Positions 57,277 to 64,000 of a stretch of DNA of 64,000 bases are shown here, piece after piece; within the stretch, counting starts at the first letter, position 1; each line of letters opens with the position of its first letter. The translations under genes were made by a program, and so were the position numbers. Origin of the DNA: Candidatus Omnitrophota bacterium (GTDB taxonomy: Bacteria > Omnitrophota > Omnitrophia > Omnitrophales > Aquincolibacteriaceae); contig CAISGE010000032.1 of the NCBI GenBank assembly GCA_903884815.1, forward strand, positions 69,978-133,977, read 5' to 3'. The notes below the pieces were generated by a model. The model was not told the DNA's origin. It saw only the letters and a list, made by a program, of their open reading frames with translations, and searched no databases.

Positions 57277-57648
57277 ATGAAGTCAAATGATCTGGATTTT
57301 GAGATCTCGTTCCTCGAAGGCGTTCTGAAACACCGCCCCAATTATGTTGATGCCCTAGCCCCGCTCGCCGAGGCCTATACCCGCCGCGGTCTTTTTGAGA
57401 AGGGGCTTGAGATCGACAAGCGGCTGGCCTTTCTCTGCAAGGAAGACCCCATTGTTCATTACAACCTAGCCTGCAGTTTTGTCCTTTCCGGCTATACCTC
57501 GAAGGCCCTGACGGCGCTCAAGCGGGCGGTCAAGCTTGGATTTACGGACCTCGAGCATCTGCAGAAGGATCCGGATCTGAAACCTTTGCGCGATTATGCG
57601 CCGTTCCAGAAGTGGCTTTTGACCCTTTCCTCCAAAGTGCCTTCCTGA
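57277..57648 (+). CDS. TPR-repeat protein
   Basis: The 123 aa protein consists of TPR-like helical repeats. Confidence 0.55.
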   Translation: MKSNDLDFEISFLEGVLKHRPNYVDALAPLAEAYTRRGLFEKGLEIDKRLAFLCKEDPIVHYNLACSFVLSGYTSKALTALKRAVKLGFTDLEHLQKDPDLKPLRDYAPFQKWLLTLSSKVPS

Positions 57649-57669
57649 AGGATCCTTTTAAAGGAATGA

Positions 57670-58779
57670 ATGGCAACCTCTCCCGCAATGAAACGTAAGA
57701 AACAGGAGCATATCGCCGAGCATCACGGCCGCAAATTGCTCAGGTTCCTCGAAAAGAAAAAAGAGTCCATTTCGCCTCTTTTGATCGTGACCCACGACTA
57801 TCCGGACCCGGACGCTATTGCGACCGCTATGACTCTTCAGTTTATCGCCGAACGTCTTCACGGGATCAAGTCCCGGATCGTGTACAAGGGGATCATCGGG
57901 CGGGTGGAGAACCGGGCGATGGTGAATCTCCTCAAGGTTCCGGTCCATAAGTTCCGTCCCTCCGATATCCGGGCCTATGCCAACGCCGCCCTGATCGACA
58001 CGCAGCCGGAATTTGAAAATAATCCTTACCCTCGGAACAAGAAGGTCCTGCTCGTGATCGACCAGCATCCTTATGTCAAGCGTCCGCTGGCGGAACTCGC
58101 GATCATCGATCCCGATTGCGGAGCGACGAGCGTCATCCTGGCACAGGCGCTGCTCCAAAGCGGTCTTGAGATCCCCAAACGTATCGCGACGGCGCTGGCT
58201 TACGGAATCCTGTCCGATACGCTTAATCTTTACCGGGCGCATCGCTCAGACATTATTCAGACCTATCTGGATGTCTTGCCCCTTTGCGATATGCGGACTC
58301 TGATCCGTATCCAGAATCCTCCCAAGTCGAAAAAGTTTTTTAGCACGCTGAACCGCGGGCTTCAGGGCGCTCGGGCCTTCCGCGGCGTGATCGTGTCCCA
58401 TCTCGGGGAAGTGGAACATCCGGACCTGGTCTCCGAGATCGCGGATTTTCTTTTGACTTACAAAGGCATGGAACGGTCGCTTTGTACGGGCCGTTACAAA
58501 GACAAGCTGCACGTGTCTCTGCGGAGTAACCGGCTGACGGATGAAACCCCTGAGATCCTCCGTGATATTTTTGACGACCGCAAAGAAGCCGGAGGCCATG
58601 ACATGGTGGCGGGCGGCAGTTTCCACGTGCACGGCAAGGATAAAGATGAGAGCCGGTGGAAAGAGGTGGAAGCCACCCTGGTCGCCCGGCTCCTGAAACG
58701 TCTGCGTCTTCCCGCGAAAGCAGATTTCTACAAACCCTTCCAGCACGAAAAGTCCGCTGCCCACTTCGCTGCTTCCTAG
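57670..58779 (+). CDS. DHH-DHHA1 phosphoesterase (NrnA-like oligoribonuclease / pAp phosphatase)
   Basis: Motif I is VTHDYPDPDAIA. The DHH position reads DQH. A C-terminal DHHA1-like GGH motif (AGGHDMVAGG) is present. Confidence 0.7.
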   Translation: MATSPAMKRKKQEHIAEHHGRKLLRFLEKKKESISPLLIVTHDYPDPDAIATAMTLQFIAERLHGIKSRIVYKGIIGRVENRAMVNLLKVPVHKFRPSDIRAYANAALIDTQPEFENNPYPRNKKVLLVIDQHPYVKRPLAELAIIDPDCGATSVILAQALLQSGLEIPKRIATALAYGILSDTLNLYRAHRSDIIQTYLDVLPLCDMRTLIRIQNPPKSKKFFSTLNRGLQGARAFRGVIVSHLGEVEHPDLVSEIADFLLTYKGMERSLCTGRYKDKLHVSLRSNRLTDETPEILRDIFDDRKEAGGHDMVAGGSFHVHGKDKDESRWKEVEATLVARLLKRLRLPAKADFYKPFQHEKSAAHFAAS

Positions 58780-59265
58780 ATAAACCATCGCACTTCTGCC
58801 CGAGCTGCCATTTCTTTGGAAATTCTTCTCCACAAGTGTGTCAAAAAGGATCAATGCTAAATCATTAAAGATATTTGTCGCTATATATTAATTGTTAATG
58901 TTATAAAAATAGTTCTTGAAGATTATATAGATTCTAAATATTATCAGAAGCTATTGATTTATTCTTTCGCTCAATGTACCTTTGTATTGAGGAAAAAGAA
59001 TATGAAAATAGCTAATCATATAGGCCCGCTACGGGTGTGGAGTGAGAGTCCTAGATTTTGGGACTCTCTGGTTGGATTCCAGGTAAAGAGAAGGGACCCG
59101 AGATTGGGGAGAAAGGACACGGGTCTTGGAACGCGTTCCTCTTTTTTAAATGCGAATTCCAAGACCTGGGTTGCCAGTCCCCAAGGGGCGATCGCCTTTT
59201 TAACGGCCCCAATCTTTTCTTTCTTTTCCAAAAAGGTGATGGGGACCGCACCAATTTCAAAAAAA

Positions 59266-62200
59266 ATGATTTTGAAATTGATAAGTATTGGGATGACGAT
59301 TATTTTTGCCTGGTCGATTGTGATCACCCCCGCTATGGCGGAAACTTTGAAGTTCGAAGGCGGGACCGGGGATGTCAAGGTGCAGGACAATGTCACGAAC
59401 TGGGATGTGACGGGGAATCCTGTGTGGAATCTTCCAGAGTTCAATGTGGGGCAGAATAGTATCTACAACATTAAGGGCATCGGATCGGGCGCGAGCTTGG
59501 CGCTTCTGGTGAACGGCGGATCTGCTTCCAATGTTTTCGGCACCATGAATCTGAGTAACCTTGCTTTCATCCTCCAGAATATTGCCGGCATCAATATCGG
59601 AAATACAGGCGCCATTCATCTTAACAATGCTTCGCTTATTGCTTCGACTCTGCCGCTCAATCTGAAGAGCACGGACTTTCTCACGGGGGACTATCAATTC
59701 AGCGGCGAGGGCAAGCTTTTATCCAATGCCGGGGGGATCACGGGAGGTATGGGCGATGTGGTCGCCCTGGTCGCGAACGCGATCAAAAACTCCGGGACAA
59801 TAGAAGTGCCCATGGGTACCGTGGCGCTTGCCGCGGGGAAAACGGTGACCGTTGGGATTTCACCCGATGGAATGGTGAGTATTGGCGTCGATGAAGCGAC
59901 CGCGAATTCCCTTGGTCTCAAGGATCAGATCAAGAACACGGGAGCGATCACGGCGGATGGCGGGAGGGTGCTCTTGAATGCCAAGGCCGTGGATGGGCTA
60001 TACGATAAAGCAATAAACATTCAAAGAGATGCCAGTGCTGTTACGGTGGTCCGGGCGGATAATGGAACGATCGAATTCAAATCGCTGGGTGATATTTACA
60101 ACGATGCCTTGATCCAGGCCACCAAGGGACAGGTCGAAATGACTTCGGAGCGGGGAGCCGTCACGAACGCTGGGACGGTCGATGCCACCAAGGGGCGTCT
60201 CGATATCAAGGCCCGGGACGATATTTTAAACGAGGCTCTCATCAAGGCTTCGGAGGGTAAGGTGTTCTTCGATTCGTCACAGGGGGGTATTAAAAACTCC
60301 GGGGAGCTTGAGGCCTCCAAAGGAAGTATCGAGATGAAGGCCCAAGGCGATATTGAGACGATGGGGAATCTCGAAGCCGCTTACTTGCGTGAGAAGGCGG
60401 CGGCTTTCCGGATCAGCGGAGGTTATCACGTTAAGCAAGCCACGCATGACAATCTGGATCATGCAATCACCTTCAATGCGAATGCCACGGTGAGCGGTTC
60501 CGAAGATGGTTCTTCGGCGGACGGTATTATCTCGGACAATGAAAACATAGTAGTGAATGCCGGAGTCACGCTGACGCTCGGTAGTGATTTCACGTTCATC
60601 GCGGATGCGAATGCCGACGGAACCGGTGCTCTTTTGATGGATTCGACGGCGACGATCAACGGCGGAGCGAGTCATTACAATTTGACGCTGAAGGCAAGTA
60701 AAACTGCCACGGGAGGGAATTCCACGATCGGGAAAGTAACGGATATCGGAAATCTTATGCTGGATGCCCAAACTCCAGGAGCAACTTACCAAGTTCGAAA
60801 TGCCGTTTCGATGGCGGGAAATCTCGTCGTGAATAGCGGCGCGACCTTGACCGGGGGCTATAGCGTGACGGTGGGTGGCGGTAGCGTTACGGGAAATGGA
60901 AGAATCAATATGACGGGCGGAACATTCCTCGTGGATGGTGACGGTAACTTTGGCGGTACCACGGATTGGAATTTTTGGAGGCTTTATTTCGGGGATGGAA
61001 CAGGAGATGCGGTGACGCGTAAACAGGGCCCGAATAAAGTGACCGCGCTCACGGAACTTAAGATCGCTCCCCATCAGGAATTAAAAGCAGGCACGAGCGA
61101 CTGGGATCTTTCATGGGGAGGCGGTTATCTTACCGACGTGCTTCAAATCGTGGCCGGAGGAGAATTTGTTCTCGCCCTTTTGTCGGATGGAACTCTCCGA
61201 AGTTGGGGGTATAACGCATTCGGCCAATTAGGGGATGGGGCGACTTACACTGATAGCAATATTCCCGTGACTGTTTTTGGACTCTCCGGGATCAAAAGCA
61301 TTGCCGCCGGATTACGGCATGGTTTGGCGCTTAAAGAGGACGGAACCGTTTATAGCTGGGGATGGAATAATTATGGTCAGCTTGGACGCAATGTTGGCGG
61401 GGCTAATTTTTCGAATACTCCAGGGATCGTTCGTGCGGTGGGCGATCTCACCGATGCCTTGGGCGGATTGAAAGGAGTGGAAAGTATCGCAGCCGGCGAT
61501 TATCACTCGCTGGCCCTTTTTTCGGGAAGCAAGACAGTTTGCGCCTGGGGCTCGAATGGGTGGGGTCAGCTTGGAATCGGCGATGCGGCTATCACTGATT
61601 CCGCGGCTCCGGTGATGGTGGCAGATCTTGCGGGTGTTGCGGCCATCGCAAGTGGAGGAAAATCGTCCCTGGCGCTTTTATCCAACGGGACTTTGAAAAG
61701 TTGGGGGGCTAATTCCAGCGGCCAATTGGGGGATGGGACTTTTGACGATCAGTACGCCCCCGTAGCCGTCAGAAATCAGAATAATGACGATAGCCTTTCT
61801 CATGTAACTAGCATTTCAGTGGGATATGAATTTGCGATGGCTCTTCTGGAAAACGGGACCGTTGTGACTTGGGGGAGCAATTCAAAGGGGCAGTTAGGGA
61901 ATGGTAGTGGGGAGAATAGTTCGTTGCCTGTAACCGTTGCGAGTTTGACCGGTGTGGAAAAAATCTCTGCAGGGAGCAATCACGCTTTTGCGATCCTCGC
62001 GAATGGATCCGTGAAAGGCTGGGGTCTCAATGAATATTCTCAATTAGGAGACGGCACTGGCTTGGATCACGCCACTCCCGTGGATGTGCCCCCTCTTCCC
62101 AGGGTTCTCAGTATCGTGGGGGGGAATCAGTTCTCCGCGGCGCTCATGAACGATGGTTCGGTTAAAACCTGGGGTGATAACTGGAACGGGCAGTTGGGGA

Positions 62201-64000
62201 ACAATTCGTGGACGAACTCCCTAACACCTGTCTTTGCTTTTTCGGGATTCGATGAGACACGGCTCACCAATATTTCTCAGATCTCTGCGGGAATTTATCA
62301 CAGTCTCGCCCTTAAAAGTGACGGATCTCGTGTCTACGCATGGGGAGAAGGAACCCTCGGACAACTGGGGAACGGGACATGGACAAGCTCAAGTACACCG
62401 GTGGAGGTGCTTAATGAGGACGGGACCGGTTATTTGTCTAATGTCGCAAGCATTTCAGCGGGCTCGTACCATTCTCTGGCGCGGCTTAAGGACGGGACCG
62501 TCAGGAGTTGGGGCGACAACGAATTCGGACAATTGGGCAACGGGAAGAGTGGGGCGACAGAGAAGAGTTCCAAACCGGTCGTAGTGACGGGACTGTCGGG
62601 GGTTTCAGACATTGCCGCCGGAGGATTTTTCTCTCTCGCGATTCTTGCTCAAGGGACGGTGAGCATCGCGGATGATACTGTTTGGAGTTGGGGGTCGAAT
62701 CGATATGGTCAACTCGGGAACGGCACGGAAGTAGACAGTTCTGTTCCCGTTCAGGTGCATGGTGTGGGTGATAGCGGATTCCTCACCGGAGTTTCCGACA
62801 TTGCGGCGGGATGGTTCCATTCATTGGCCCTTTTGTCGGATGGCGCCGTGAATAGCTGGGGCCGGAATAATTACGGGCAGCTTGGTAACGGCATTTACGC
62901 GAATAGTCCTACCCCCGTTTTTGTGAAGAATACTGACGGGAGTGGAAACCTTTCCGGAGCGAAGGCTATTGCCGCCGGCGCTTATCACTCCTTAGCCATT
63001 ACAGATGCCGGAACTCCTCTGGATCTAAGCGACGACTTTGTTCAGTCTTGGGGATTTAATGGCTACGGAGAATTGGGGAACCCTGGGGGTGAGAGTCCTC
63101 TTCCTGTGACAGCCTTGGGGACGACCGGGGCGCGAACCATCAGTGCGGGAGGTTATAAGTCTTTTGCGATCATGGGCGATGGCACTGTGTACGGTTGGGG
63201 GGATAACAATAACGGGGATCTTGGGGGCGGAGGCGGGGTGACTGGTTTTTCGTCTCTTAACGAGCCCGTAGTGCTTCCCAACTATGCGACAGCTACCGCC
63301 TTGGTCGGGGGGTGGGGGCATTCGATGGGCCTTTTTCCGGACCACACAGTGAAAAGCTCGGGGCTTAACGCTAGTTGGCAGCTTGGGATTAACTCCGATG
63401 ATATGTATTCGGCGACGCCCCAAAATGTGAAAGTGCTTGCTCATGCTCCGTTTACGGTCGAGGGTACTTTTACCGCGGAGGATTCCACCTTCCTTTACAC
63501 CGGGGACTACGGTTTCGGTCGCGTCGTCGTGACAGAGATTGCTGATGTTCAGTATAACAATCTTATTTTACAGGGGCAGCTTGCGGATTACATGGTCGAC
63601 CGGACGTTTCAATCGCTGACGATCGAAGATCTGAATCGCATGGCGCGAGGGCGTTGGGCGGTGCTGGGGGATTCTCTTAAGTCGACTGATATTGCTATGA
63701 AGGGAGATAATCCGACCACAAAGAGATTTGATGCTAACTCCAACTTTTTTAATCCGCGGATCACTCCGACATTGGAGACGATCGTGACCGTTGTTGAAGG
63801 GGCTGTTTACATCGTGGACGGGGCCAATGAGACGTCACTTCTCAAGCAAGGCGAATCCCTGAAAGTGGGTTATAAAGAAAAAAAGAAAGAGTTGGAGGGA
63901 TCAAGGCCCAAGCCGCCCCATGGGAAGCCGGCAGTGGTTTCTCCCCCGGCTGTTCCTCCCGGGCAAGATCTTGCCGTGAAAAAGCCTGCCGTTCCTGTCG
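59266..64000 (+). CDS. Giant secreted protein (partial, continues beyond the window): signal peptide + TPS-like (filamentous-hemagglutinin N-terminal) domain + beta-helix repeats + at least 14 RCC1 repeats
   Basis: The reading frame is open from 59266 (in fact from 59002) to the window end, and is absent from the ORF track because it has no stop. The signal peptide is MILKLISIGMTIIFAWSIVITPAMA. The TPS-like motif is NW..FNVG...LALLVNGGSASNVFGTMNLSN...ILQNIAGINIGNTGAIHLNNASLIASTL. A Gly/Thr/Asn-rich beta-helix-like region follows. From about 61150 the W-x-N-x-x-GQLGxG motif recurs at least 14 times. Confidence 0.75.
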   Translation, partial: MILKLISIGMTIIFAWSIVITPAMAETLKFEGGTGDVKVQDNVTNWDVTGNPVWNLPEFNVGQNSIYNIKGIGSGASLALLVNGGSASNVFGTMNLSNLAFILQNIAGINIGNTGAIHLNNASLIASTLPLNLKSTDFLTGDYQFSGEGKLLSNAGGITGGMGDVVALVANAIKNSGTIEVPMGTVALAAGKTVTVGISPDGMVSIGVDEATANSLGLKDQIKNTGAITADGGRVLLNAKAVDGLYDKAINIQRDASAVTVVRADNGTIEFKSLGDIYNDALIQATKGQVEMTSERGAVTNAGTVDATKGRLDIKARDDILNEALIKASEGKVFFDSSQGGIKNSGELEASKGSIEMKAQGDIETMGNLEAAYLREKAAAFRISGGYHVKQATHDNLDHAITFNANATVSGSEDGSSADGIISDNENIVVNAGVTLTLGSDFTFIADANADGTGALLMDSTATINGGASHYNLTLKASKTATGGNSTIGKVTDIGNLMLDAQTPGATYQVRNAVSMAGNLVVNSGATLTGGYSVTVGGGSVTGNGRINMTGGTFLVDGDGNFGGTTDWNFWRLYFGDGTGDAVTRKQGPNKVTALTELKIAPHQELKAGTSDWDLSWGGGYLTDVLQIVAGGEFVLALLSDGTLRSWGYNAFGQLGDGATYTDSNIPVTVFGLSGIKSIAAGLRHGLALKEDGTVYSWGWNNYGQLGRNVGGANFSNTPGIVRAVGDLTDALGGLKGVESIAAGDYHSLALFSGSKTVCAWGSNGWGQLGIGDAAITDSAAPVMVADLAGVAAIASGGKSSLALLSNGTLKSWGANSSGQLGDGTFDDQYAPVAVRNQNNDDSLSHVTSISVGYEFAMALLENGTVVTWGSNSKGQLGNGSGENSSLPVTVASLTGVEKISAGSNHAFAILANGSVKGWGLNEYSQLGDGTGLDHATPVDVPPLPRVLSIVGGNQFSAALMNDGSVKTWGDNWNGQLGNNSWTNSLTPVFAFSGFDETRLTNISQISAGIYHSLALKSDGSRVYAWGEGTLGQLGNGTWTSSSTPVEVLNEDGTGYLSNVASISAGSYHSLARLKDGTVRSWGDNEFGQLGNGKSGATEKSSKPVVVTGLSGVSDIAAGGFFSLAILAQGTVSIADDTVWSWGSNRYGQLGNGTEVDSSVPVQVHGVGDSGFLTGVSDIAAGWFHSLALLSDGAVNSWGRNNYGQLGNGIYANSPTPVFVKNTDGSGNLSGAKAIAAGAYHSLAITDAGTPLDLSDDFVQSWGFNGYGELGNPGGESPLPVTALGTTGARTISAGGYKSFAIMGDGTVYGWGDNNNGDLGGGGGVTGFSSLNEPVVLPNYATATALVGGWGHSMGLFPDHTVKSSGLNASWQLGINSDDMYSATPQNVKVLAHAPFTVEGTFTAEDSTFLYTGDYGFGRVVVTEIADVQYNNLILQGQLADYMVDRTFQSLTIEDLNRMARGRWAVLGDSLKSTDIAMKGDNPTTKRFDANSNFFNPRITPTLETIVTVVEGAVYIVDGANETSLLKQGESLKVGYKEKKKELEGSRPKPPHGKPAVVSPPAVPPGQDLAVKKPAVPV

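Noticed and set aside
59058-59459. A 133-aa + strand ORF at the start of the giant gene region.
   Set aside because: It is out of frame with the long TPS/RCC1 reading frame, which has a signal peptide and continuous domain structure. It is a shadow ORF.

Overview
This is a GC-rich 64 kb bacterial chromosome window (GC in the high-50s % by eye, not computed). It is densely coding and genes sit almost entirely on the + strand. An outer-membrane porin with a C-terminal Phe, LptF/G and DsbD point to a diderm bacterium. The dominant block is a sulfur amino-acid and sulfate-assimilation island at about 3.7-25 kb. It opens with an Rrf2 regulator and metY-cysK-metX-metW plus a methyltransferase, with a convergent cystathionine PLP enzyme behind it. 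A second Rrf2 regulator then heads one long co-directional array: DUF2292, porin, sbp-cysT-cysW-cysA, cysH (APS-reductase type), cysD, cysN with a degenerate APS-kinase-like tail, cobA, siroheme sulfite reductase, and an unusual TPR + GltD-like + 2x[4Fe-4S]-ferredoxin flavoprotein. The rest is housekeeping: folB, m5U RNA methyltransferase, trmB, pseudouridine synthase, queF, tpx, tilS preceded by a tRNA-CAU, ftsH, folP, yebC-ruvC-ruvA-ruvB, cdaA-cdaR, pdxJ, nnrD, efp, nrnA, several hypothetical or secreted proteins, and a GT2/GT-C glycosyltransferase pair. The window ends in a low-GC spacer followed by a giant (>1,570 codons) secreted protein that combines a TPS-like N-domain, beta-helix repeats and at least 14 RCC1 blades and runs off the window edge. 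No CRISPR, IS or transposase, integrase or rRNA was seen. The two most novel candidates are the GltD-ferredoxin fusion as a dedicated electron donor for sulfite reductase and the TPS+RCC1 giant exoprotein. Both are inferences from motifs I recognised by eye; no searches were run.
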